A stretch of 64,000 nucleotides of DNA from positions 3,328,001-3,392,000 of the forward strand of contig CAWIPH010000002.1 of assembly GCA_963837955.1 (NCBI GenBank). Reading direction: 5' to 3'. This document shows, one piece after another, positions 31,528 to 42,357 of the stretch (positions within the stretch are counted from its first letter, which is position 1; every line of letters starts with the position of its first letter). The translations under genes and the position numbers were made by a program. Source of the stretch: an uncultured Verrucomicrobiae bacterium (GTDB taxonomy: Bacteria; Verrucomicrobiota; Verrucomicrobiia; Chthoniobacterales; JAFAMB01). The notes beneath the pieces are model-generated. The model worked only from the letters and a program-made list of their open reading frames with translations. It searched no databases and had not been told where the DNA came from.

Positions 31528-31646
31528 GGGCCAATAGTGTTCTTCGGAACACTATCACTAATCAAGGTAAAATCCCGCTAGGTGCCCGCGGTTCTACGGT
31601 GTGGAGGAGATTTTCGGTAGAGATTCGCTTTAGATCCCGATAAAAG

Positions 31647-31759
31647 GGATGCTGTAACTTCCTTTTATAAATAAAAAAGGTAGCTATAACTACTTTTTTG
31701 TGATACCAACGGTAGTTATCGCTACCTTATCTGCAATAACAATGGAGGTTATAACCTCC
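31647..31759. promoter_or_regulatory. Array of four 16-bp palindromes (putative operators)
   Basis: GGATGCTGTAACTTCC (31647), GGTAGCTATAACTACT (31679), GGTAGTTATCGCTACC (31711), GGAGGTTATAACCTCC (31744). Confidence 0.75.
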
Positions 31760-31779
31760 GTCCCAGTATACGCAACCCG

Positions 31780-32244
31780 ATGAAAACGACTTTCAGAAAA
31801 ACTATGCGCCAAATGCTCCGTTCCAAAACGGTAAAGTTTGGAGAGATTGGAAAGCTTACCCTCCCCACCGGCGGATGGCTGAAGGCAATCCGCGTTGCGC
31901 TGGGAATGCCCAGCACATACGCGGCGCGAAAGCTCGGTGTAACTGCGCGCGGTTTTCGGCAGTTCGAGAAAAATGAAGCCGCCGGCACAATCACCCTGAA
32001 ATCACTAAGGCGCGCAGCCGACGCGATGGATTGCGACTTGGTTTACGCGCTTGTTCCGCGTGCTGGTTCGTTGGAGGCGATGATCGAAAACCAGGCGCGG
32101 AAACAGGCCGAGAAACTGGTGCGCCCGGTTGCCCATTCAATGATGCTGGAAGGCCAATCCACAGAGGCGGCCAGCGATCGACTTGACGAACTGTCAAAGC
32201 AATTCGCAGCGACGCCGAATGCTTCTTTGTGGGACGAAGGATGA
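31780..32244 (+). CDS. Mobile mystery protein A (XRE-like HTH)
   Basis: PTGGWLKAIRVALGM, EAAGTITLKSLRRAADAMDCDLVYALVP, VAHSMMLEGQ, LWD. Confidence 0.9.
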   Translation: MKTTFRKTMRQMLRSKTVKFGEIGKLTLPTGGWLKAIRVALGMPSTYAARKLGVTARGFRQFEKNEAAGTITLKSLRRAADAMDCDLVYALVPRAGSLEAMIENQARKQAEKLVRPVAHSMMLEGQSTEAASDRLDELSKQFAATPNASLWDEG

Positions 32245-32830
32245 TCCTCAAATTCAAAAAGGGCCAGACGCCAATCGATGCTGCTGAAGCGGAAGCGCTG
32301 ATTCCCCGCTAACCACTCAAGAGGAGCTGGATGTTTGGGAGGAGAAGAACATCTTATTAGGACGGAAGTGGGTGCTCTCGAAACGGGTGCTGAATCGTTT
32401 CGACCCACTTGCGGAAGAAGATATTATTGAGCTGCACAAGCGCATGTTCGGCGAGACATGGAAATGGGCCGGGACTATCCGAAGGCGGAACAAGAATATC
32501 GGAGTTGCGTTCTACAATATCCGGGTCGAGCTGCGGACCCTCTTAGATGATGTCCGTTATTGGCTGCGGGAGAAAGCGTTTGATGTAACGGAGATCGCGG
32601 TCCGCGTCCATCACCGATTGGTAAAGATCCATTTGTTCCCGAACGGTAACGGACGCCATGCTCGGCTAATCGCCGACATCATCGCGAGACAGGAAGGCGT
32701 GCCTGAATTTACGTGGGGAGGCGGCAGTCTGATCGATACCAACGAACTCCGGGCTAAATACATCGCCGCCCTCAAGCGAGCTGATAATGGTGATTACGAT
32801 GATCTTATTTCCTTCAGCAGAGCCCGATAG
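32241..32830 (+). CDS. Mobile mystery protein B (Fic domain); frameshift near 32305
   Basis: ATGA overlap with A; GQTPID; LHKRMFGETWKWAG; HLFPNGNGRHAR Fic motif. Confidence 0.9.
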
Positions 32831-33609
32831 CACAAGCGAGTATTAGCCGTTGTCCCAATGCCTGTCGGCGTCTCTTTCGCACGCTAGCTTCACCCGCATT
32901 GGATCGGCAAGTTGATTTTGATGGTGTGGTGTTTATCTTATTTTTGGCGGATCGTTGCCTTAACAACGTTCGATTCCGCCGTAAACTATTAAACAAGGAG
33001 GAATTATGATTGACGTAACGACCGCACGCGCCTTTTAAGGGCGGACACCAGAGCTAATTTATAGAACGCTGGAGAGAGACGTCAAAGCGCAGAATAATCC
33101 GCTTTTGAAAGCGAGTTTAATAACATTGTTCACCAGGGCTGGAGAGATGAAGTCTTTTGCTTGTTTTGTCGCTCGGGATCTTTGAGTTCTTTCTCTGTGA
33201 ACGAACCAGGTTTTTCCGAATTCGTTCGGGATTTCGCGCAAAGGCACGCTATCCAAATCGAGTTTCAAGAAGCAGTTCAAGCCGATAAACGTTCGCTCAC
33301 TACAGCGAAGCTCCGTTTCTAACCGCGCAATTCTCGAATCTTTTTACTCGCTCCGAGGAGTGATGCAAGGACTCGCGCGGCCTTGGTTGGCGATATGGAC
33401 TGCGTCTACTTTCCAGCGCATCGGAGCGGTTCTACTAGTCGGTTTCAACATAAGGCTTGAGCCGGATCGCTTCAGTGTAATCGATGATGGCCTTGTCGTA
33501 CTGCTCCAGACCGGCGTAAGCGAAGGCGCGAACTGCAAGCCTAGCCATATTTTCACTGACGCAAAGCCGCCGTTCACTATCTGTTCAAACAGGCGATACG
33601 AAGCTACTA

Positions 33610-34998
33610 TCACGGCACCGTGGTGACCATCCCGCTGAAATCCAGCTTGGTACTGGATGTAATAATATGTGGTGGCAGCGGTTTCTGCGAAAAATTGAAA
33701 CAGTCCAACATGTTGTTCGAACTTCGGTCACTAGCGGTCAGCGACGAAAGGCCAAACCTGGTTTCGATCAGCTTGAGAGGTGAAGTCAAATCGAACAGGG
33801 TGTGATTGACGACACCCGCTCGCGAGTAAGGAGAAATGATGATGGCGGGTACGCGCGGGCCGCAGCCGTAGAGATCGGTCTGCGGGGGAGGAACGTGATC
33901 GTAAAAACCGCCGTAATCGTCCCACACCGAAATTATTGCCGTATCTTTCCAGTAAGTGCTTTGCATTACCGCATTAATCAGATCGGTGACGTATTCCATT
34001 CCGAACCGGATATCTTCTGGAGGATGCTCACTTTGTTTGAAGCTCGGAATTATCCAGGAAACTTGAGGCAACGTCCCCGCCTTAAGATCATCGTAGAACT
34101 GTTCCTTCTTAACAAAATGTGACATCAGACTGGGGTTGCTCTTAACCTGTTCGAAACCAACTAAGGGATTCCAAAGCGAATGGTTGTGAGGATTTGGCTG
34201 ACCCGTGTAATAGTTCCAAGTGACACCGGAATTACGGAGCAGCTCGACCATGGTTGGGAACGAATAGGTTGGTTCGACGCGCGGACCACCGGGGTTGTTA
34301 ACGAGCCGCCGGATTGTGCTGCAACGGTATAGAGATGATTCGGTTCACTCGGACCCATGAGGGACGAAAAGAAATAGTCACACAACGTGAACTTGCGGGC
34401 GTAATCCCAGTAGTTCGGGATTTCGTGGAAATCTGAGTAACCAGCGTGTCAATAACCATGGCGGGCGGGAGCCAGATTCGGGGTCGCAGCTGGGGTAAAG
34501 CCGTTGCGGTCTGCTCTTCAATATCAGGAGCGCTCTCATCCTCATCGTCGACTGCACCATTAGGCGAAAGCGCTGTCACCACCGGTTGCGTCGCAACGTG
34601 ACCACCTTCGACCAATTCAGGATTCGGGGTCGGAACAGTTTTGCTTCCCCAATAAAACCTTAGCGCCTCCGGCCATTCAGCCCACATAAACCCGTCCATG
34701 CGCCCTGATTCCAGGCTGTCCGGACCGCCTGCCAAGTGTGCTGGAGATCATGATGGATACGGGTAGCGGTTGAGTGATAAGGCTTAAACTTAGGCGGACC
34801 ACCCGGAAGTTCCGGCAACTTGGTTCCCGGCGGAATCCCGTTCGCGCCCGGATAGGTGCCGAAGTAATTGTCAAACGTATGATTTTCCTGGATGATATAG
34901 ATGAAGTGGTTAAGTGGGATGCCCGATCTTGTCTGCGCCGACCCGACACCCAGCATCGCAACCGTTGCCACCAGAATTCCACCAACGACTTTCGACAT
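33610..34998 (-). pseudogene. Phosphoesterase / phospholipase C family protein, multiply frameshifted
   Basis: [48 protein letters not shown] and GPRVP lie in four different ORF pieces; start uncertain. Confidence 0.85.
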
Positions 34999-35593
34999 CC
35001 CTCCCGAAGCATAGCGGCGAAAAGCGCCGTCAGACCTTTGCCGGAGACTTTGAAAGGTTTTCACCCGGCGATATGAACAGCCATTTCGATGGGACACAAC
35101 TTCTTTCAGAAGATCCGTCTGATATATTGCACGCGGGTCAGTCTAGCCACTGTAATTGCAAGCAGTTTCCGAAAGAACAGCGCAATTTCTGCTAGTTCGG
35201 ATCAGCTCTGTTCCCAACTCATTTGCATCAAGCTATTTTATGCAATCATTAAAATAACAACTACATTAGCGAGAAACATCGCAATAAGTGGGGTATTAAA
35301 TACGAGCGTTAAAGAAAATAGGAAATTGAAGGAGATTTTCGGAGGCGACCGCAGTGGGTGTGCGTGGCGATACAGATCGCCACAAGCGAGCTTTTTGCGC
35401 TACCAACGTAGGTTCGACAAACCCGCTCGAAATCTGCAACGTTCTGGCAATCCCCCGCGCTCGCAATACCGGAAACGGACGCTAGAGCCGAGGAAATAAT
35501 CTACTCGCACCGCTTGCCGGGCTAGATCGAATCGATTTGAAGCTCAAGCAACCAATTTATTGACCGTTACCCTCAAGCACGATCCACAAAAAC

Positions 35594-35959
35594 ATGCACA
35601 AGAGAACCGTCGCCACCATTATCAAATTACTTCTACTCACTACCGCAAGCTTTAGCATAGCCACCCGCACTCTTGCTGATGCCCCCATTAGCGGAGAAGT
35701 GCACGCCAATTCTACCTTTGCCGACTCGCAGCAGGATCTAAAGAAAGCGTACGACTTGATACTCGAGGGCGACAGTCAAAGCTTGGTCCAAATGACGAAC
35801 GAGGACAAATGCGCTCCTGTCGCCAAGCCTATCAAGGTTATCGTTGATGAGCTAAAGGGCGACTATGTTCGCTGGCACACTACCGACCATGCTGACCTAC
35901 CTTGCTACAGCAGGCTGAAGGATATCACGATCTATATCAACGGCGTCAAAGCTAACTGA
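35594..35959 (+). CDS. Hypothetical exported protein
   Basis: 121 aa with a signal-peptide-like N-terminus. Confidence 0.6.
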   Translation: MHKRTVATIIKLLLLTTASFSIATRTLADAPISGEVHANSTFADSQQDLKKAYDLILEGDSQSLVQMTNEDKCAPVAKPIKVIVDELKGDYVRWHTTDHADLPCYSRLKDITIYINGVKAN

Positions 35960-36208
35960 TAATTCTGTCCTAACCAAACAAAACGGTTACATATCGAGCC
36001 ACCGACTGCGAAATCTGCCCGGCGAAGTTCTTCCTTGCTGTCGATTTCTTACGGCTAGGTCAAATGGGTTATCTGTTCTGTTCATGTGCTGCCTTCTGTT
36101 TTCAGACTTTCTCGAGATATAGCCTAACCGAACAAATTCGCTATTTGAGTCCCTGCTCCTTCATGAAAGTGGGCGTGGGGACTCCGTGAATTTCACATAA
36201 CTACGCTC

Positions 36209-36251
36209 TTGACATAGACTCGACATGCCATTTACTTAACTAATTAGTTAA
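36209..36251 (+). promoter_or_regulatory. Promoter with ArsR-type operator
   Basis: TTGACA at 36209 and perfect palindrome TTAACTAATTAGTTAA at 36236-36251, upstream of the ArsR gene. Confidence 0.6.
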
Positions 36252-36272
36252 TTAACCTATCGGTATAATAGA

Positions 36273-36640
36273 ATGCCCGACACCCTCAGCCAGACATTTG
36301 CAGCACTCGCCGACCCGACCAGAAGGGCCATGCTGGCCCAGCTCTCCAAAGGGGAGGCCAACGTTTCCGATCTGGCCAAGCCATTTCTGAAAGACATGAG
36401 CCTGCCGGCCGATCACGAAGCACCTGAAGGTCCTGGAAAAAGCCGGCCTCATCACCAAAACCCGCGAGGCGCAATGGCGTCCCTGCAAACTCAACGGCAG
36501 ACGCATTTAAGGACGTGGCCGACTGGATGGAACAGTATCGAATATTCTGGGAAGAGAGTTTTGATCGCCTCGATGCCTATTTGAAAACCGTCACTTCAAA
36601 AAAGAATGCGAAAGGAAAGAAAAATGCCCGCAAAAAATAA
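36273..36640 (+). CDS. ArsR/SmtB family regulator (frameshifted)
   Basis: TFAALADPTRRAML...MSLPA-(fs)-TKHLKVLEKAGLI...-(fs)-WEESFDRLDAYL. Confidence 0.85.
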
Positions 36641-37589
36641 ATCCAACGAGATCAGAATCACCCGGATCTACGATGCTCCCGTTCAAGCCGTCTGGGACGC
36701 CTGGACCGATCCCGAGCAAGTGGCGCAATGGTGGGGACCGCGCGGCTTTACCCTCACGACCCACAGCAAGGATTTGCGCCGGGCGGCAGTTGGAATTACA
36801 CCATGCACGGCCCCGATGGCGTCGATTACCCCAACAAGACGAACTATTTCGAAGTCGAAAAACACTCCAAACTGGTTTACGACCACGGCGGCAACGACGA
36901 TCGGCCTCCCCTCTTCCAGCGTGACGGTCCTCTTCTCCGAAATCAACGGCAAGACGAAGATGGACATGACCATGACCTTGCCCACGCCCGAAGCCGCCGA
37001 GGAAACCCGCAAATTCATCAAGAAAGCCGGCGGCGACTCGACCTGGGACCGACTCGCCGAATACCTGGAAAAAGAATCCTCCGGCAAGGAGAAGTTCGTC
37101 ATCAATCGAACCTTCGATGCGCCGCTTGAATTGATGTTCGAGATGTGGACGAACCCGAAACATTTTTCCCAATGGCTGCCCCCGACGGGCTTTAAAATGG
37201 AATTCATCAAGGTCCGACATCAAGCCCGGCGGAAGCACGCTTCTATTTCATGACGGTCGACGGAGACGTCAAGATGTACGGAAGAGCCGAATATCTGAAA
37301 ATCGAGAAACCCGATCGCATCGTCTACACCCAGCAGTTCTGCGATGAAAATGAGAAAGTCTCCCGCCATCCCATGGCTCCCACCTGGCCCGAAACCATGC
37401 TGACGACGGTGCAATTGACCGAGGAAGGACCGGACCGAACGCGCGTGACCGTGACCTGGGAACCTTACGGAGCCGACAACGCCCGAAGAGCTCGAAACCT
37501 TCATCAAAGCCAAAGGCGGCATGACGCAAGGCTGGACCGGATCTTTCGATAAACTGGAGGCGTATTTACAAACTACTAGAAGGCAATAG
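36624..37589 (+). CDS. Tandem SRPBCC (AHSA1-like) domain protein (several frameshifts)
   Basis: RIYDAPVQAVWDAWTDP..QWWGP, GGSWNYTMHGPDG, RTFDAPLELMFEMWT, GWTGSFDKLE across frames. Confidence 0.85.
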
Positions 37590-37826
37590 GCCTGCGTTTC
37601 GAAAACGCATCGCCATGGAAGGGATCGACGCTCAGACGAACTTCACCCTACCCTATTTCCTTCCTGAAGCCACCCGTCGCTATCGCGCGCTTGCCCTAAC
37701 TGGCCTACGAGTGCGTGGTGACGGCAACCCGCAACATCGAGGGTAAAAAGCTCAACTATCTCAGACGCTGCAAGGCGGACATCCGGTTCCGGCGACAAAA
37801 TCTGGAGAGAGGCCAGCAGTCGCGAG

Positions 37827-38252
37827 CTAACCGGTGCGATTTGGGGTGCCGAGGATACGCGTTTTTGGCGGCAGCATCACATTGTCGAATGTTTGCGTGA
37901 ACATTGCTGCGGCGAAGAAAGCGACCGCCCGCAGCGTCTCGGTGCCGACGTTAACGAGATCGTGCCGTACTGGGGTTGGGAGGACAAAAACGCTACCGGA
38001 TTTGACCGGATAAATGGTACCGTCTTCCATATGCAGCTCACCACTGCCGGCGATAATATACTGGGTTTCTTCGGTGGCATCGGTGTGCCAGCCGAGTCGA
38101 CCTCCGGGTTCGATCTCGTAGACTATCGTCGACGACTGGGTCGTCCCGTGTCCTCCATAGAGAACGAAAGCACCGTTCCACCTGACCGAAGGATCATCCG
38201 CTCCTCGAACCTGCACACGCTCAAGTTTATCTGAAGCCACGACGGGATTCAC
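37827..38252 (-). CDS. Cupin domain protein
   Basis: WHTDATEETQYIIAGSG and P.PVRHDLVNVG cupin motifs. Confidence 0.88.
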   Translation of the reverse strand: MNPVVASDKLERVQVRGADDPSVRWNGAFVLYGGHGTTQSSTIVYEIEPGGRLGWHTDATEETQYIIAGSGELHMEDGTIYPVKSGSVFVLPTPVRHDLVNVGTETLRAVAFFAAAMFTQTFDNVMLPPKTRILGTPNRTG

Positions 38253-38575
38253 AGTCTGGTTCCTCCTTGAGTGGCTGTGACAGCCGGACCGTCAGTCGAA
38301 ACGTGAACGATAGATTTCATTTCACGAGGTTAGCGGGCCTTCAGCCGGCCAGACAATCAGAAATACAATGTTTTTCACAATTACTGTATCTTTCGGTTTT
38401 CCGGCTGCTTGCTGCAACTCGTCTCCGCCCGGCGTCGGAAGCGATCGCAGCCATTCCGCCATAGCCTCGGGACGGCGGATCTGTCGCGATCCGTTTCGTG
38501 ATGATCATCTGCGCGAGGCTCAATTCGGTTTACGCAGCGACGGCGGTGTCACCGCCGGTAGGCAATAGCAGACCG

Positions 38576-39511
38576 CTATTTGGTCTGCTGTCTATCCAGA
38601 AACGCCTCCGTGAGCCTGATGATCTCTTCTGCTTTTAAATCCAGCGCGAAATGTCCCGCATCGAGGATGTGTACTTCGGCGCGCGGATCGTCTCTGCGAT
38701 ACGCTTCGCCGCCGGCGACGGTGAAGGAGGTGTCATAGCGGCCCCAAAGTACTAGGAGTGGAGGTTGATGATCGCGTAACCATTGTTGCCACTTTGGATA
38801 CGATTTGACGTTGTTTTGATAGTCGTAAAACAGGTCCAACTGAATATCCGCCTGTCCGGGCTGGTTCAGGAAGTAATACTCATCGACCCAGAGATCGGGA
38901 TTGTATGGTGAGAGGTCAGGAGAAGTTCCGACGTGTCGCTTCTTGGTTGCCTCCAGTGATAGCAGATTGGCGCGTACTTCGGCTTCGTGAGCGGCTCGAT
39001 CCTCCCAAAAAGCTCGGCGAACTGCCCAAATCGGAGATAGTCCTTCTTCGTGGGAAACGGCGTTCTGAATGATCATCGCTTGGATCTTTTCGGGGTGAGC
39101 CAAAGCCATGCGGAAACCGACGGGCCCGCCGTAATCCTGCATGAAGAGTGTGTAGCGATCCAAATGCAGTTGTTCCGCAAAGTCCTCTATGACTTTGGCG
39201 AGCGAATCGAAGGTATAAGCGAACTCCTTAGGATTTGGCCAAGAGGAATGACCGAAACCGGGATAGTCGGGCGCGATCAGACGATATTTTTCGCTCAGAC
39301 TCGATTCCAGCAGCTGTTGATACATCCGGGAGGATGACGGCAACCCATGGAGAAGAAGAATCGTGGGCGCGCCTGTCGGTCCCGCCTCTCGATAAAATAT
39401 CTCGAGACCGTCGACGCGAGTGGAGTTGTAGGAGACGAGGTGTTCAGGTGCGGCAGTTGCGACGTTCATTATCAGGAAGACTCCGGAAGAGATCAACGAG
39501 AGTGATTTCAT
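38576..39511 (-). CDS. Alpha/beta fold hydrolase (epoxide hydrolase-like)
   Basis: IFYREAG, LLHGLPSSS, APDYPGFG, QDYGGP, DAGHFAL. Confidence 0.93.
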   Translation of the reverse strand: MKSLSLISSGVFLIMNVATAAPEHLVSYNSTRVDGLEIFYREAGPTGAPTILLLHGLPSSSRMYQQLLESSLSEKYRLIAPDYPGFGHSSWPNPKEFAYTFDSLAKVIEDFAEQLHLDRYTLFMQDYGGPVGFRMALAHPEKIQAMIIQNAVSHEEGLSPIWAVRRAFWEDRAAHEAEVRANLLSLEATKKRHVGTSPDLSPYNPDLWVDEYYFLNQPGQADIQLDLFYDYQNNVKSYPKWQQWLRDHQPPLLVLWGRYDTSFTVAGGEAYRRDDPRAEVHILDAGHFALDLKAEEIIRLTEAFLDRQQTK

Positions 39512-39723
39512 GAATAACGTGAGGATAGAACTCCGGCGAGGAACTCGATTAGGCCTCAGGTTTAGTGGTTTCCTTTGTTGGACTGCCAAGTCTTGGTTCT
39601 TGGTTGCTGAGTACGGATTAGCCCAGATCCCGAAGATGAAACGATCCGCAGACTACGCCGATTCCACAGCTGTTCAAGGGCTCGGAGGAAGATCGATTCG
39701 ATCTCATCATCGCTTCCGCCGGT

Positions 39724-39996
39724 TGGGACGGCACCCCGTTATACCATTTACCCAGTCCCGCGGGCGCGGCCGCGAGACCCAACGCGGGGAGGGATCGCGT
39801 CCCCGCGATCCGTTGTGGCCGGACCCAAGCGCGTTTGTATACCAAGGGTTAAATTGCCTCCCCCAGGTTAGAGATCGTTTTCTCGGCGCGCGGGGACGCG
39901 CGCCCTCCCGGCGATGGAGCAGGCAAACCATTCTTATGTTGACGCGTATTGCGTGGCCGCGGGACTGGGCTACTATCACCATGTCCCTTCCGGGAC
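39724..39996. repeat. Nested REP-like elements
   Basis: Outer arms CCCAGTCCCGCGG (39751) and CCGCGGGACTGGG (39957) enclose a GGGAGGG doublet at 39787-39812 / 39884-39909. Confidence 0.7.
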
Positions 39997-40126
39997 GGGG
40001 CCGTCTTTGCTTCTGTTCCCAATCCCAAGGCTGCGCACACGCGTCAACCTAAGGCCGCCGTTTGATTCTCTGCCCCAATACGGTCGCCCACGTTGATGCC
40101 TTTCAGATATTTGTCTGCCGCCAGGC

Positions 40127-40158
40127 AAAAAAAACGGCAGCCGCAAAGCTGGCTGCCG
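40127..40158 (-). terminator. Rho-independent terminator of the S53 peptidase gene
   Basis: CGGCAGCC-loop-GGCTGCCG stem preceded by an A-run on + (U-tract on -). Confidence 0.75.
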
Positions 40159-40200
40159 GATCGTGTATTTTTCTAAGTTTGGCGAGTTACCAAAACACGG

Positions 40201-42357
40201 TCACTTCTTTGTCGCGAAGGTTAAACTACCCTGGGCAAAACCACTAGGATTAATAGCCCATACCGTGACGACGTAGTCATTCGTGCTCGGAGTCAGACTA
40301 GTCAATTTCATGCTCGTCTTCTTTGTGATGAAGGAGTTCGTAGGATAATAAGTAGTGCCGACGCTTAGATTCGATAGAGAAACGACGTAAGCCGTCGCTC
40401 CGGTCGAAGCACTCCAGGTTACATCGGCTGTTGTCGCTGCTGCGGTCGCATTGACATTATTGACCGGACCAGGAGCCGTCCCAGGTTGGAAACCCAAGAT
40501 CATGAGTTGCGGGACAAACTGTCCACCCCAAAGCGACCCGTTACCGGTGCAGTTACTATAGCCGTACCCCGCGGTGTAACCGGGATTCCCTTGGGCCAGC
40601 CCGGCGTTACCATTGGAGCCTTCCCTAATGTCATATAAGTAGTTAGCCGCGAAACCCCCAGATCCACCGTTAAAAGGACTACCGACAGCGTATAAGAGCG
40701 GGTTGAAATAACCGATTTGCCCCAGACCGGCGTACTTGAAGGCTGCATTAAGGACACTGAGATAGCCAGCCCAGATCGGGGAGGAAACACTGGTACCACC
40801 GACGTTTACCCAGCCACCGTTGGGTTTGGAATAGATGCCAACTCCAGTGAATGGATCGCCAACCGCTGCGACATCTGGCACGTTGCGAAAAGTGGACGAT
40901 CCACCGTGACTAGTTACGTATCCAGAAATAGGTTCACCCGATTGGTAGGGCGGAATCGGCCAGTATGAGCTGATGCCACCACCGGTTGCACCTTCGTTAA
41001 AAGCCAATTCATTCCAAACCTGTTCGCCTTCGTACAGGGACCCTGGACCGGTAAACAAAGTGGTACCTCCAACCCCAGTGACGTAAGGCTGTGAACCCGG
41101 GTCGGCGACATTGTAGGGATAGGAGAATCCGTCGCCATAAGCGCCTCTGTCTCCTGAGCTGGCCAGCACAGTAATACCTTCTGCCGTCAGTTGTTCCAGT
41201 GCCGTGTTTTCGGCCACCATCGCGGAAGTACCTTGGTAACCCTCGTCCTGTCCATAAGAGATGCTGAGGATTTGCGCTTTATCGTTATCGGCAACCTGCG
41301 TCATAGCGTCGAGCAGAGCAGTTTGGAATGTGTCGATCGAGTCCTCGTAAACCAGCACTTCTGACACATCAGGATTGATCCCAACGACCATGTCGATGTC
41401 GAGCACCGCCTCAAGTTCAATGACCGGCTGGCTCGTGACCACTGTCGTGGGGGAGTGGTTAACGCTCACCGGGGTTATTTTGGGAAGTGGCAGCTTGTTT
41501 GCATCCAAATACTTGGCGACGTCCGTCACATAGAATCCCCCTTGTTCAAACAGCGCTACCACCGTGTTCTTCTGAAGTTTGCCGAAGGTCGGAATACTAT
41601 AGGCAGTGCGCAAATTGGAGGCATCATAGCTTCCACCCGGACCCGTTCCATGTGAGCCGTTAGTCTTATTCGCGTCAGCCGTCCCAAATTCCGGTGATTC
41701 ACCCAGCCTCTGGCCGACCTTGACTAACGGGGCATATTGTTTACTACTGGTTAGTCCGAGCACGCCAGAAACCTTTGAAGCAATGGCGCTTGGGATGGTT
41801 GGGTTAAAACTAGCGGAATAGAATTCCGATCCATCCGGTCCCCGATAATTGTTGATCTGCGTTCTAAAGATCGTTTGAAATTGACCCACGGTGCCGCGCA
41901 CACTCAAAACCGTACGAGCAATGGATTCTTGTGACACTTTTAACCCGTTGGAAGTCGCCCATTCTTTCAGGCCGGCATAATCCGCTGCGTTGGCTCCGTA
42001 CCTGGCCGCGAATTCTTCCGGCGTGATGTACTGATGAAATAGCGCATCCCCAGGAGTGGAAACGCGCCGGGCAAACTCAGCGGCGCCATGAGGATCTGAC
42101 AGTGGTAAGCACAACGCCACCCCGATCTCCTGGGTCGCATCAGCGGGCGACAGAAAGGTGGATTTGGTAACCAGCCCAGAGATCCCGATGGTGGTGGCTT
42201 GCGCAAACAGCGCGCAGGGAACCAACAGAATCCAGGCGTAAGCCAGTGTGGCAATGGTCCTGACTTTACGTTGGGTAGTGGTACTTCGACTCGAATCGAT
42301 CGCTTTGCTTTGATCGATCGTATTGGAACAGTGTAACATAGTAGTTCTAGGCGACAT
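40201..42357 (-). CDS. S53 (sedolisin/kumamolisin) peptidase with pro-domain and FN3-like tail
   Basis: YITPEEFAARYG pro-domain; EAVLDID, SSGDRG, RNVPDV, GGTSVSSP. Confidence 0.92.
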   Translation of the reverse strand: MSPRTTMLHCSNTIDQSKAIDSSRSTTTQRKVRTIATLAYAWILLVPCALFAQATTIGISGLVTKSTFLSPADATQEIGVALCLPLSDPHGAAEFARRVSTPGDALFHQYITPEEFAARYGANAADYAGLKEWATSNGLKVSQESIARTVLSVRGTVGQFQTIFRTQINNYRGPDGSEFYSASFNPTIPSAIASKVSGVLGLTSSKQYAPLVKVGQRLGESPEFGTADANKTNGSHGTGPGGSYDASNLRTAYSIPTFGKLQKNTVVALFEQGGFYVTDVAKYLDANKLPLPKITPVSVNHSPTTVVTSQPVIELEAVLDIDMVVGINPDVSEVLVYEDSIDTFQTALLDAMTQVADNDKAQILSISYGQDEGYQGTSAMVAENTALEQLTAEGITVLASSGDRGAYGDGFSYPYNVADPGSQPYVTGVGGTTLFTGPGSLYEGEQVWNELAFNEGATGGGISSYWPIPPYQSGEPISGYVTSHGGSSTFRNVPDVAAVGDPFTGVGIYSKPNGGWVNVGGTSVSSPIWAGYLSVLNAAFKYAGLGQIGYFNPLLYAVGSPFNGGSGGFAANYLYDIREGSNGNAGLAQGNPGYTAGYGYSNCTGNGSLWGGQFVPQLMILGFQPGTAPGPVNNVNATAAATTADVTWSASTGATAYVVSLSNLSVGTTYYPTNSFITKKTSMKLTSLTPSTNDYVVTVWAINPSGFAQGSLTFATKK

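Noticed and set aside
31647..31759. Mini-CRISPR interpretation of the regularly spaced palindromes
   Set aside because: Repeats are 16 bp and divergent, linkers are 16-17 bp, and there are no cas genes; operators fit better.
33059..33613. Possible broken gene downstream of the PLC-like gene
   Set aside because: No consistent motif could be reconstructed across frames.
39510..40052. 180-aa ORF and overlapping ORFs
   Set aside because: They run through nested repeats and have no protein motifs.
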